IMG/VR virus record: IMGVR_UViG_3300016649_000214 | Location: 1-48,218 of that record | Strand: one strand, 5' to 3' | Length of the DNA stretch: 48,218 nucleotides | From: a virus | Taxonomy: Duplodnaviria; Caudoviricetes | Shown: positions 36,539 to 45,237 of the stretch, piece after piece | How positions within the stretch are numbered: position 1 is the first letter of the stretch | Layout of the letters: every line of letters starts with the position of its first letter | Position numbers and translations under genes: made by a program | The notes under the pieces: generated by a model | Told to the model about the DNA's origin: nothing | The model's input: only the letters and a program-made list of their open reading frames with translations | The model's database searches: none

Positions 36539-36775
36539 TCAGAACAGCCCTTGCTGCTTAACAGGCTTCGCTCTTTTCTTTTCGAATTTGTCAGACGGCA
36601 GTGTTTGCTTCTCTGCCCACAATTTCGCGAACCGCAATACATCATCAAAAATCTTCCCCTTCTTGCTTGCCGTAGACATGCGCTTGTACATATCGACCGC
36701 CTGGTATGCCCCCCCCCTGAGCCACTGCCAACGTGAATCCTTGACGCATAAGCTCCTCGCGTACGTTCTTCTCAA
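36539..36775 (-). CDS. Hypothetical protein between cII and O (start uncertain)
   Basis: ORF with a Y.R.S.AS.KG.IFDD.L motif. Confidence 0.5.
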   Translation of the reverse strand: MRRTYARSLCVKDSRWQWLRGGAYQAVDMYKRMSTASKKGKIFDDVLRFAKLWAEKQTLPSDKFEKKRAKPVKQQGLF

Positions 36776-36793
36776 TGAATTCGATGTGGTTCA

Positions 36794-37015
36794 TTAAGCC
36801 TCCATCTGCCCTTCTACGGATTGACGATGAGAAATCAGGATGGCCAGCAGCAGCGACATGTTCGGTAGCAGACTTTCCCGCCAGCGACTTACCGTCGACT
36901 TATTCACTCCGGCCACTTTGGCGATATTCGTGGTTCCCAGTTCTGCTATCTGGCTGTGCAACCAGCTTTCAATTCTCCGGGCCTCCACTTTGTTGCGTGT
37001 TGTTGAACTCTCCAT
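36794..37015 (-). CDS. cII: CII-like transcriptional activator
   Basis: RNK.EARRIES.L...IA..G....A...GV.KS.VSRW, resembles lambda CII. Confidence 0.85.
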   Translation of the reverse strand: MESSTTRNKVEARRIESWLHSQIAELGTTNIAKVAGVNKSTVSRWRESLLPNMSLLLAILISHRQSVEGQMEA

Positions 37016-37025
37016 TTGTGATACT
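36993..37025 (+). promoter_or_regulatory. pRE-like CII-dependent promoter
   Basis: TTGC-N6-TTGA at the cII start, then 13 nt, then GATACT; same geometry as lambda pRE. Confidence 0.65.
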
Positions 37026-37054
37026 TCCTCTGGTGTTGAATGAAAGGCCGCCGG

Positions 37055-37288
37055 TTAGGCGGCCGGAACGCCCTTCGGTGAAGGGAATAGCTTTGGAAGG
37101 TCTGGTCTAATTTGATGCGCCTGAACCTCCCCATTAGTTGCATTTACGATGCTGTTTACATGTTCAGGCGAAACCTTGGCCTTGTTGTGGAGCCACTTGT
37201 AAACCGCCTGCTGAGAAACATCGCAGGCTTCACCAAGCTTTTTCTGAGAGCCGACAATATTAATTGCGGTTTTAATGGTTGGGTTCAT
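37055..37288 (-). CDS. cro: Cro-like repressor
   Basis: GSQ..L...C.VSQQAV.KW HTH, IRPDL motif; divergent from cI. Confidence 0.9.
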   Translation of the reverse strand: MNPTIKTAINIVGSQKKLGEACDVSQQAVYKWLHNKAKVSPEHVNSIVNATNGEVQAHQIRPDLPKLFPSPKGVPAA

Positions 37289-37315
37289 GACAACCTCCGT
37301 AGTAAATACAAACAA

Positions 37316-37386
37316 AGAATAAAACCTTAGTTGTATTTAGTCAACAACCATTTTCGTTTGCCGCTATAAAACCATGGTTGTAAATT
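37316..37386. promoter_or_regulatory. OR region: pR, pRM and three 16-bp operators
   Basis: pR TTGACT-17-TATTCT (minus); pRM TTGCCG-17-TAAATT (plus); operators TAAAACCTTAGTTGTA 37320, AACAACCATTTTCGTT 37343, TAAAACCATGGTTGTA 37367. Confidence 0.8.
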
Positions 37387-37392
37387 GAGAAG

Positions 37393-38082
37393 ATGAAAAC
37401 GACACTTGCAGAACGATTAAGAGAAGCCAGAAAGGCTGCCGACATGACCCAGAAGACTCTGGGAGATGCTGTTGGGGTTAGTCAGGCTGCGATCCAGAAG
37501 ATTGAAACTGGAAGGGCTGCTCAGACCACAAAATTGCTCGATATAGCCAAGGCTTTAAGGGTGAGGCCTGAGTGGCTTTCTTCGGGAACTGGCGCCATGA
37601 GAGATGATGGTGAAGATGATAAGAAGCCATCACATATGAATCATGATGTGTTCAGGGTCGACATTTTGGATCTGGCCGTCAGTGCTGGCCCGGGCGTTGT
37701 GAATCAGGAGTTCGTGGAGATTCTCCACTCCGTTGAATATGCGCCAGCGGAAGCGCGCCACATGTTCGATGGGCGCAAGGCTGAGAACATCCGGATCATC
37801 AACGTCCGGGGCGACAGCATGTCTGGGACGATTGAGCCGGGTGATCTGCTGTTCGTCGACATCAGCGTTAAGAGCTTCGACGGCGACGGGATATACGCCT
37901 TCCTGTACGACGACACTGCTCACGTCAAGCGCCTGCAGAAGATGAAGGACAAGCTGCTGGTTATCTCAGATAACAAGAGCTATGCAGCCTGGGACCCGAT
38001 CGAAAAAGACGAGATGAACCGGGTGTTCGTGTTCGGCAAGGTGATCGGCAGCATGCCGCAGACGTACAGGAAGCATGGGTAA
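37393..38082 (+). CDS. cI: CI repressor (HTH plus S24 peptidase)
   Basis: N-terminal HTH, SAG cleavage site, GDSM and VKRL catalytic motifs. Confidence 0.95.
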   Translation: MKTTLAERLREARKAADMTQKTLGDAVGVSQAAIQKIETGRAAQTTKLLDIAKALRVRPEWLSSGTGAMRDDGEDDKKPSHMNHDVFRVDILDLAVSAGPGVVNQEFVEILHSVEYAPAEARHMFDGRKAENIRIINVRGDSMSGTIEPGDLLFVDISVKSFDGDGIYAFLYDDTAHVKRLQKMKDKLLVISDNKSYAAWDPIEKDEMNRVFVFGKVIGSMPQTYRKHG

Positions 38083-38281
38083 AGCCTTAGCACGAAGAGG
38101 AAGCATGTCTGATCTGATTATCCCAATACTCATTACTTTACTGATTATCTGGCTGGTAGGGATCGTGCTCAGGCTAGATAAGATTTTCTTCAAGCGAAGG
38201 GATGAGCGGGATGACTTTGAATAAGCCAGACCGGTAGTTCGATGTGTTTTTGGTAATGCCGAAGACGTACAGGAAGCATGG
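38053..38281 (+). repeat. 26-bp direct repeat of the cI 3' end (38053..38078 and 38256..38281)
   Basis: atgccgcagacgtacaggaagcatgg vs atgccgaagacgtacaggaagcatgg, 25/26 identical. Confidence 0.9.
38105..38224 (+). CDS. 39-aa single-pass membrane micro-protein
   Basis: MSDLIIPILITLLIIWLVGIVLRLDKIFFKRRDERDDFE; GAGG RBS. Confidence 0.65.
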   Translation: MSDLIIPILITLLIIWLVGIVLRLDKIFFKRRDERDDFE

Positions 38282-38325
38282 ATAGGCTGTTTAGGTTGGC
38301 GAAATTCATAATAATTATATGAGGG

Positions 38326-39195
38326 ATGGTTATGGATGGTGGCACTTTACAGGATATAAAGATATCTCTTAGATATGACGGAAAGGATGCTTTAAATCAT
38401 GAGATAGATCTGAATTGCCTTGGAGAGTCTCTTAAGGGGTTCTCTAAAGTCCTATCTACAGCGGCGTCATTCTCTGCCACACAAAAGTATAGCAAATATA
38501 TTAATTATCAAGAAGTTAAGGTGTATGCTCGTGAGGCAAAAGCTAACTGTTTTACCCTTGATGCTGCCCTAAACTTCGTCACTCAGAATCAGTTGTTCTC
38601 TGGGATCGCCGCAACTATACTGGGTGCAATTCTACAATATATTTTTGCGAGAAATTCCAACAAGAAAGATGAAATGAAAGCTTTACAGCAGTCTCTTGAA
38701 AAAGCCATAGAGGCGCTAGGGAACAAGGACGCAGGAACCATCGACAAGTTGATCGCTGTGATTGACCGAATGGCTGTAGAGTTACGCCCATCTGTAAGGC
38801 AGGCTGTATCACCAATAGGCAATACTTGTGACGAGATCTCCATTGCAACCAACGTTGATGGCTGCCTCCTCAAAGTAAATGAGCATGATAAGGCTGAAAT
38901 TGACAAGCTTGATGACGATGAGGTAATCGGGCTTCGTGAGTACCGCGCATTTCTAACAGAATTTGACGCACACAACATGACAGCAAAAATAATTTTAGAA
39001 GGCGATGACTCCAACAGGAGAATAGCTTCTGAAATAAGCGATCCTTCGGCAAGCAAGAAAAATAACCCATACATCAACGCCCTTGGTTCATACATATCCA
39101 CTAAAGGCGATCCATCTTCGGTATTCACTATCACCGCAAAGGCTACTGTCAAAAAAGGCCAGATAAACAGGCTTTTTATTGTGGATGCAAAATAA
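38326..39195 (+). CDS. Uncharacterised low-GC moron at the rex position
   Basis: 289-aa ORF with GAGGGA RBS and a central hydrophobic segment; followed by a terminator. Confidence 0.8.
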   Translation: MVMDGGTLQDIKISLRYDGKDALNHEIDLNCLGESLKGFSKVLSTAASFSATQKYSKYINYQEVKVYAREAKANCFTLDAALNFVTQNQLFSGIAATILGAILQYIFARNSNKKDEMKALQQSLEKAIEALGNKDAGTIDKLIAVIDRMAVELRPSVRQAVSPIGNTCDEISIATNVDGCLLKVNEHDKAEIDKLDDDEVIGLREYRAFLTEFDAHNMTAKIILEGDDSNRRIASEISDPSASKKNNPYINALGSYISTKGDPSSVFTITAKATVKKGQINRLFIVDAK

Positions 39196-39197
39196 TT

Positions 39198-39223
39198 ACC
39201 CGGCCACCGCGCCGGGTTTTTAT
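39198..39223 (+). terminator. Terminator at the end of the immunity operon
   Basis: ACCCGGC-CACCGC-GCCGGGT plus TTTT. Confidence 0.8.
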
Positions 39224-39227
39224 TGCC

Positions 39228-39431
39228 CTACTCTTTCGGCAGCATCAGCACATCAAGCGCCAACTCCACAGCCAGATCCACCTGGTCTTCCTGCCACAAC
39301 ACCTGAATCATCTCTATCAGCGCCTCTCTTGATGGCTCGCGCTTCTCAACCAGCAGTTGCATAACCGCTATCCCGATAACCTGCGCAATCTGCGGGTGCA
39401 TCTCTGCGAAAAACTCATCCTCATTCGACAT
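39228..39431 (-). CDS. Small acidic hypothetical protein
   Basis: 67 aa; GAGGG RBS; upstream TGgTAAGCT extended -10-like site. Confidence 0.65.
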   Translation of the reverse strand: MSNEDEFFAEMHPQIAQVIGIAVMQLLVEKREPSREALIEMIQVLWQEDQVDLAVELALDVLMLPKE

Positions 39432-39529
39432 GGCGCTACCCTCTTTGGCGTTTTTTTGAGCTTACCAGCACGCTTTACAAAAATAAATAACCAATAAAAA
39501 CAACCAAATAAAACCACTGCGGCCATTTA

Positions 39530-39573
39530 TACAACTATTGTTGTTGACTATAAAACAACTATGGTTTTAAATT
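39530..39573 (+). promoter_or_regulatory. OL/pL region
   Basis: TTGACT 39544 and TAAATT 39568; operators TACAACTATTGTTGTT 39530 and AACAACTATGGTTTTA 39554 match the OR consensus. Confidence 0.8.
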
Positions 39574-39652
39574 AACCCATCCAAACAACACCGGCAACGC
39601 CGGGTAATCGTAACAACGCTCAGCTGGCCGGCTTTAAGGCAAAGGTGAAGAG

Positions 39653-39763
39653 ATGATCCGAGAACATGAAGTACCTGCATGGCACCGGTTCTGCTTGAAG
39701 GTTGCTCTGCTTGTGATTGCGGTTGCATGGGTAAGCTTTGAATTTTGCTGGGGTGTCGCATGA
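39653..39763 (+). CDS. 36-aa membrane micro-protein
   Basis: MIREHEVPAWHRFCLKVALLVIAVAWVSFEFCWGVA; AGGTGA RBS; ATGA-coupled to the next ORF. Confidence 0.55.
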   Translation: MIREHEVPAWHRFCLKVALLVIAVAWVSFEFCWGVA

Positions 39764-39870
39764 GCAAACAAGGCATTCGTTCACTGATTTACTGCCTGCT
39801 GGTCTGCGGCGTTATCTGGGCAGCGGCGATTATCAAAATTCTGCACGTTACGGGGGTGTTCAATGGTTAG
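39760..39870 (+). CDS. 36-aa membrane micro-protein
   Basis: MSKQGIRSLIYCLLVCGVIWAAAIIKILHVTGVFNG; overlaps both neighbours. Confidence 0.55.
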   Translation: MSKQGIRSLIYCLLVCGVIWAAAIIKILHVTGVFNG

Positions 39871-40069
39871 TCATCATTACGGAACACAGACCGTTAACCG
39901 CGGCGCCGTTCTGCCAGGGATGCTCGTTAAACATCGGGAAAGCACCTGGACAGCGTCAGCAAATAAACGCGGCCGCCTGTACCTGCATCGCGGGATTGAG
40001 CGCACTTACACAACCGATTTGCTGGTTGAAGTTTATCTGAACGGGTTGGGGCAAGGCCTCCACCGGTAA
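39863..40069 (+). CDS. Small early protein (possible Kil-position cell-division inhibitor)
   Basis: HYGT....R..V.PGMLVKH...TW.AS motif common in lambdoid pL operons; function inferred from position only. Confidence 0.55.
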   Translation: MVSHHYGTQTVNRGAVLPGMLVKHRESTWTASANKRGRLYLHRGIERTYTTDLLVEVYLNGLGQGLHR

Positions 40070-40149
40070 TCGAACCAAAGAATTTAACTGAGCTATCAGG
40101 CGGCTTTCATCGCGCCGAGGATTCTTACAACCAAATTTCAGGGGAAACC

Positions 40150-41154
40150 ATGAGCGAAATAATGGATTTAGTCGTCATCGAGAAAAAGAACGCGATGGCG
40201 GTTTTCACCAATAACGACCAGCTCGACCCGCTTATCGAACTAATCGAAAAAGAGGCTCGCAGTCTGGTGCCGGACGTGACCACCAAAAAAGGCCGTGACG
40301 CCATCGCATCTATGGCTCACAAGGTCGCGCGCTCTAAAACTTACATCGACAACGCAGGTAAAGACCTGGTAGCTGAGCTGAAGGCCCTGCCAAAGCAAAT
40401 CGACGAAAGCCGCCGCGTTGTTCGTGAACGTCTCGATGCGCTGAAAGATGAAGTGCGCCGGCCGCTGACTGAATGGGAGGCAGAGCAGGCTCGAATTGCA
40501 GCGGAAAAGGCTGCCGAAGAAGAGCGCCAGCGCATTGAAGCCGAGCAAAAAGCGGCACTGGAAGCGCTCAAAAAGCAGATTGAAACCGACCACGAAATGG
40601 CCTTGCTGATGAATGACGCTTTCGACCGCGAACAGGCCGAGAAGAAAGCAGAAGCCGAACGCCAGCGCATTGCCCGCGAAGAAGAGATTAAGCGTCAGGC
40701 GGAAGAGAAAGCCAAGCGTGAAGCAACTGAAAAGGTACAGCGTGAAATTGACGCTGCGGCCGCCAGAGAGCGCGAGGCGATTTTGGCAAAAGAGCGCGCA
40801 GAACGTGAACGCATTGAAGCTCAGCAGCGGGCCGAACGCGAACGGCGAGAAGCAGCTGAACGTGCTGAGCGTGAAAAACAGGCCGCCGTGGAATCTGAGC
40901 GCCGCAAGGCTCAGGAAGAAGCCGACCGCATCCGCCGAGAGTCAGAGCAGCGTGAACAGGCCCGGCTGGCTGAAGAGAAGCGCAAAGCCGATGAGCAGGC
41001 TCGCCGCGAAGCCGACGTTAAGCACCGCAAAGCTGTCGGTACTGAAATCGTCAAGGCTTTGCTGGCCAATACCAGCCTCACCCGCGATCAGGCTATTGAA
41101 GTCCTGACTGCGATTAAAGACGGAAATATCCCACATACCGGGATCAGCTACTGA
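40150..41154 (+). CDS. Coiled-coil early protein
   Basis: PDVTT.KGR.AIAS.A.KVA.SK motif; long E/R/A-rich helix. Confidence 0.8.
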   Translation: MSEIMDLVVIEKKNAMAVFTNNDQLDPLIELIEKEARSLVPDVTTKKGRDAIASMAHKVARSKTYIDNAGKDLVAELKALPKQIDESRRVVRERLDALKDEVRRPLTEWEAEQARIAAEKAAEEERQRIEAEQKAALEALKKQIETDHEMALLMNDAFDREQAEKKAEAERQRIAREEEIKRQAEEKAKREATEKVQREIDAAAAREREAILAKERAERERIEAQQRAERERREAAERAEREKQAAVESERRKAQEEADRIRRESEQREQARLAEEKRKADEQARREADVKHRKAVGTEIVKALLANTSLTRDQAIEVLTAIKDGNIPHTGISY

Positions 41155-41161
41155 GGTGTTT

Positions 41162-41458
41162 ATGGCGGCTTATCACTTTCAGGACCGGATTGAAGAGCAA
41201 TCCTGGAACCAGCATTACCAGCAGCTAGCGCGCGAAGAGAAAGAATCAGAGCTCGCTGATGACATGGAGAAAGGCCTCCCTCTCCGGTTGCTGGAATCGC
41301 TTTGCATTGACGAACTTCAACGCCGCGGCGCCAGCAAACAGGCGATAAGCCGCGCATTCGACGATGACGTGGAGTTCCAGGAACGGATGGCAGCTAACGT
41401 CCGCTACATGGTTGAAGTTCTCGCCCGGCATCAGCTCAACATTGAAGAGGAGCAATAA
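41162..41458 (+). CDS. gam: Gam, RecBCD inhibitor
   Basis: [29 protein letters not shown]...[14 protein letters not shown] matches lambda Gam. Confidence 0.92.
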   Translation: MAAYHFQDRIEEQSWNQHYQQLAREEKESELADDMEKGLPLRLLESLCIDELQRRGASKQAISRAFDDDVEFQERMAANVRYMVEVLARHQLNIEEEQ

Positions 41459-42384
41459 TGGCTACTCAACTCATCGAACAGGTTTTTAGCCTGGTGAATC
41501 CACTAAAGGCTGAATTTGAGCAGGTTTGCTCTGAACCTTCGATCAATTTCAGGCGTGAATCTGAGTTCGCAATGCAGATTTTCGCCAATAACGACTACCT
41601 GGCTAAAGTCGCAATCGGTAACCCGGTAAGCACCAGAAGCGCTGTAATGAATGTCGCCGGGATTGGCGTGTCCCTTAACCCGGCTCAGAAGCTGGCTTAT
41701 CTGGTGCCGCGCAAAGGGGCTATCTGTCTCGACATCAGCTACATGGGCCTGATGCACATTGCGCAGCAATCCGGGGCTATCAAGTGGTGCCAGTCGGCAA
41801 TTGTCCGTAAGAACGATCAGTTTCACCGCGAAGGTCTGGATAAGCCACCGGTTCATATTTACAACGATTTCGACACCGCAGAACAGCGCGGAGACATTGT
41901 AGGTGCATACGTCGTTATCAAAAGTGACGACGGCGACTACCTGACTCACACGATGCGCATTGCTGATATCTACGCGATTCGAGACCGCTCAGAAGCATGG
42001 AAAGCCTACAAGAACAAAGGCACATCATGCCCGTGGCTCACAGACGAAGAGCAGATGATCCTCAAGACTGTTGTTAAACAGGCTGCGAAATATTGGCCAC
42101 GCCGTGAGCGCCTTGATGCGGCTATAGATCACGTGAACACCGAAAGCGAAGAAGGTATTAACTTTTCCGCACAACGCCAGCCAGAACGCGATGTTACACC
42201 GGCAGAAACAGCAATCATCAAAGAGATTAACGACGTTCTTATCACGATGAATAAGACATGGGATGACGACCTGCTGCCTCTGTGTTCAAAAATATTCCGC
42301 CGTGACATTCGTGAATCATCAGAACTGACTCAAGAAGAGGCGGTTAAGGCTCTCGGATTTCTGAAAAATAAGGCGGCCGCATGA
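41458..42384 (+). CDS. RecT/Red-beta-family single-strand annealing protein
   Basis: SLNP...AYLVPR, ISY.GL and W..D.E.M..KTV.K.A.KYWP motifs; between gam and exo. Confidence 0.88.
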   Translation: MATQLIEQVFSLVNPLKAEFEQVCSEPSINFRRESEFAMQIFANNDYLAKVAIGNPVSTRSAVMNVAGIGVSLNPAQKLAYLVPRKGAICLDISYMGLMHIAQQSGAIKWCQSAIVRKNDQFHREGLDKPPVHIYNDFDTAEQRGDIVGAYVVIKSDDGDYLTHTMRIADIYAIRDRSEAWKAYKNKGTSCPWLTDEEQMILKTVVKQAAKYWPRRERLDAAIDHVNTESEEGINFSAQRQPERDVTPAETAIIKEINDVLITMNKTWDDDLLPLCSKIFRRDIRESSELTQEEAVKALGFLKNKAAA

Positions 42385-43061
42385 CACCTGAAATCATCCT
42401 TGCACGCACCGGCATTGACGTTACCCGCGTTGAACAGGGCGATGAAGCCTGGCACCGCTTGCGCCTTGGCGTCATAACCGCCTCAGAAGTTCACAACGTC
42501 ATTTCAAAACCGAGATCTGGCACAAAGTGGACTGACATGAAAATGTCCTATTTCCACACGCTACTCGCAGAGGTTTGCACCGGCGCGGCGCCGGAAGTTA
42601 ACGCTAAGGCGCTGGCCTGGGGGAAACAGTACGAGGACGATGCTCGTACCCTGTTTGAGTTCACCACTGACGTGAAAGTCACCGAGTCGCCGATCCTGTT
42701 CCGTGATGATGCCATGCGTACCGCCTGCTCTCCTGATGGCCTGTGTAGTGATGGTCGAGGCCTTGAGCTGAAGTGCCCTTTCACCTCTCGCGACTTCATG
42801 AAATTCCGGCTTGGCGGCTTCGAGGCTATCAAATCCGCCTACATGGCCCAGGTGCAATTCAGCATGTGGGTAACCGGTAAGGATGCCTGGTATTTCGCGA
42901 ATTATGACCCTCGCATGAAGCGAGAAGGCATTCACCATGTCGTTGTTGAGCGCGACGACAAATACATGTCCGACTTCAACGAAATGGTGCCGGAGTTCAT
43001 CAGCAAGATGGACGAAGCTCTGGTTGAAATCGGGTTCAAGTTTGGGGAGCAGTGGAAATGA
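42381..43061 (+). CDS. exo: Lambda-type exonuclease
   Basis: [14 protein letters not shown]...ACSPDGLC...LELKCP, close to lambda Exo. Confidence 0.95.
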   Translation: MTPEIILARTGIDVTRVEQGDEAWHRLRLGVITASEVHNVISKPRSGTKWTDMKMSYFHTLLAEVCTGAAPEVNAKALAWGKQYEDDARTLFEFTTDVKVTESPILFRDDAMRTACSPDGLCSDGRGLELKCPFTSRDFMKFRLGGFEAIKSAYMAQVQFSMWVTGKDAWYFANYDPRMKREGIHHVVVERDDKYMSDFNEMVPEFISKMDEALVEIGFKFGEQWK

Positions 43062-43234
43062 AACATCACCGCGACGCCATAACCGTAGGAAAAGTGAAGT
43101 GTATGTACTCCGTCATTCGTCGCGGCTGGTTAATGCCCTGGGGTGAAGTGGTGAGAAACCCTTTAAAGGCTCAGCGGCTGGCTGAAGAGCTCGATACGAA
43201 CGAAGAGCTGGACACGAAAAGAGGTGCGCAATGA
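43058..43234 (+). CDS. Small lambda orf60a/DUF1317-like protein
   Basis: D.I.VG.....YS...RGW..P.G....NPL.AQR.AE. Confidence 0.65.
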   Translation: MKHHRDAITVGKVKCMYSVIRRGWLMPWGEVVRNPLKAQRLAEELDTNEELDTKRGAQ

Positions 43235-45237
43235 TTTACGGATCAATTTGCAGTGGCATTGAAGCCGCAACCGTCGCCTGGGAGCCTCTCGGATGGAAGG
43301 CTGCATGGTTCTCAGAAATTGAAGCGTTCCCGTCTGCTGTGCTGCAAGAACGCTGGCCCGAAGTCGTGAACCTCGGAGACATGACAAAAATCGCTGCCGC
43401 GGTTCGCGCTGGAGAGGTGCAGGCGCCGGATGTGATGGTAGGCGGCACACCTTGCCAGGCGTTCAGCATTGCAGGTCTGCGCAATGGCCTGGCCGACGCC
43501 CGCGGCCAGTTAACCCTTTCATATGTGGAATTAGCGAATGCAATCGACGACAAGCGCATCGAGCGCGGAGAAGAAGAAGCAATCTTCGTCTGGGAAAACG
43601 TCCCCGGAGTCCTCACAAGCCACGACAACGCTTTTGGTTGCTTTCTGGCAGGACTTGCCGGAGAAAGCTGTGAACTTGAGCCATCAGGGGGAAAGTGGAC
43701 GCACGCAGGTTGTGTGTATGGACCCCAAAGGACAATCGCTTGGATCGTCAAGGACGCCCAATATTTCGGAGTGGCCCAACGACGCAAGCGTGTGTTCGTT
43801 GTCGCAAGTGCTCGAAAAGGATTCGATCCCTGCCAGGTACTTTTTGAGTCCGAAGGCGTGCGCCGGGATACTCCGCCGAGCAGAGAACCGCAAACGGCAG
43901 TTGCCGCCCTTACTGCGCGAGGCGTTGGAACGTGTGGCGCTGATGACAACCAGGCACAAGCAGGACACATCATCGCCGAGTGCGCCAACGGAGACATCAG
44001 CCACACCCTGAAAGCAGAAGGTTTTGATGGAAGCGAAGACGGTACCGGCCGGGGAATTCCTGTAATCGCTTTCGGTGGTGGAAATACCGGAGGAAACATT
44101 GACGTTGCCGCCTGCCTGACAGCCAAGGGTCAGCGTATTGATTTCGAAGTCGAGACCTTCGCTGTACATGGCACACAGGATCCGGATACCAACCGCGAAT
44201 TAGCTCATACGCTGGGGCGCAACAACGGACAGGAAAATGCCTGTATCGCGTTCAGTTACAAAGACCATGGAGCAGACGCATCAGAAGACCTGTCTCCGAC
44301 ATTGCGCGCTGGAAATTCAGATAAAAGCAATGCTAACAGCGGCCAGCCTCCGGCGATTGCTTATGCATTCAAACCGGGGCAAGGTGCCAAAGCAAGAGGC
44401 ATTGGATTCGCTGAAGAGCAATCACCGACGCTTACGAGCGCAAGCAGCGGCACAAATTTAACGCCTGCCATCATGCAGGGCGTATCCGTTCGACGTCTTA
44501 TGCCAGTCGAGTGCGAGCGCCTGCAGGGATTCCCTGATAACCACACGCTGATTTCTTGGCGCGGGAAAGAAGCGACTGAATGCCCGGATGGCCCCCGCTA
44601 TCGCGCTATCGGCAACAGCATGGCAGTACCGGTGATGCGCTGGATCGGTGAGCGCATTGCTGCCGCGTTGCCAGCTAAAAAATCTGCGAGTGATTATGGC
44701 GGCAGCAAAACTCCGGTTGAGCAGAGAAACCTGTGGCAAACGCCGATCCCTCTGTTCGTCGCTCTGGATGCGGAATTCTGCCTGACACTGGACGCGGCAG
44801 CATCAGCTGATAACGCGCTGTGCAACCGCTATATCACGGAACAGCAGAATACGCTGAGCACCTCGTGGGCTGACTTCCTTGTGGCTCCCGGTTATGCATG
44901 GCTTAACCCACCGTACAGCGATATCACGCCCTTTGTTCAGAAGGCTGCAGCAGAATCCAAAAACCAGATCGGCACTGTGATGTTAGTTCCGGCTGATACG
45001 TCTGTCGGCTGGTTCCGGGAGGCTATTGAGACGGCCAGCGAGGTACGCTTCATCGTCGGCGGTCGCCTGGCTTTCATCAATCCGGTATCCGGGAAGCCTG
45101 TCAGCGGAAACAACAAAGGGTCAATGCTGATTATCTGGCATCCCTACCCGCGCACTCACTGCCAGTTCACGACTGTTGAGCGTGATGTTCTGATGAGTTT
45201 CGGTGCCCGATTAATCGCTAAGCGGGAGGCAGCATGA
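43231..45237 (+). CDS. Fused DNA (cytosine-5) methyltransferase plus phage Dam-type N6-adenine methyltransferase
   Basis: m5C motifs CSGIE, GGTPCQ, WENV, Q.R.RVF, RRLMP.ECERLQGFP, IGNS; then WQTP, LDAAAS, WLNPPYS, L.PA.TS..WF, GR..F. Confidence 0.92.
   Translation: MIYGSICSGIEAATVAWEPLGWKAAWFSEIEAFPSAVLQERWPEVVNLGDMTKIAAAVRAGEVQAPDVMVGGTPCQAFSIAGLRNGLADARGQLTLSYVELANAIDDKRIERGEEEAIFVWENVPGVLTSHDNAFGCFLAGLAGESCELEPSGGKWTHAGCVYGPQRTIAWIVKDAQYFGVAQRRKRVFVVASARKGFDPCQVLFESEGVRRDTPPSREPQTAVAALTARGVGTCGADDNQAQAGHIIAECANGDISHTLKAEGFDGSEDGTGRGIPVIAFGGGNTGGNIDVAACLTAKGQRIDFEVETFAVHGTQDPDTNRELAHTLGRNNGQENACIAFSYKDHGADASEDLSPTLRAGNSDKSNANSGQPPAIAYAFKPGQGAKARGIGFAEEQSPTLTSASSGTNLTPAIMQGVSVRRLMPVECERLQGFPDNHTLISWRGKEATECPDGPRYRAIGNSMAVPVMRWIGERIAAALPAKKSASDYGGSKTPVEQRNLWQTPIPLFVALDAEFCLTLDAAASADNALCNRYITEQQNTLSTSWADFLVAPGYAWLNPPYSDITPFVQKAAAESKNQIGTVMLVPADTSVGWFREAIETASEVRFIVGGRLAFINPVSGKPVSGNNKGSMLIIWHPYPRTHCQFTTVERDVLMSFGARLIAKREAA
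43538..44011 (+). CDS. Nested +1-frame ORF resembling the N-terminal part of the M.EcoHK31I beta polypeptide
   Basis: SEWPNDASVCSLSQVLE...P.RYFLSPKAC.GILRRA..R...LP..L..AL block, wholly inside the MTase gene. Confidence 0.55.
   Translation: MQSTTSASSAEKKKQSSSGKTSPESSQATTTLLVAFWQDLPEKAVNLSHQGESGRTQVVCMDPKGQSLGSSRTPNISEWPNDASVCSLSQVLEKDSIPARYFLSPKACAGILRRAENRKRQLPPLLREALERVALMTTRHKQDTSSPSAPTETSATP

Noticed and set aside
40480-41030. Low-complexity E/R/A repeats resembling TolA
   Set aside because: Compositional similarity of a charged helix; no TM anchor or TolA domain.
43236-44126. 296-aa antisense ORF opposite the MTase, and other long antisense ORFs (e.g. 6053..6724, 17877..18536, 38589..39152)
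   Set aside because: Shadow ORFs from codon bias; no RBS context or recognisable motifs.
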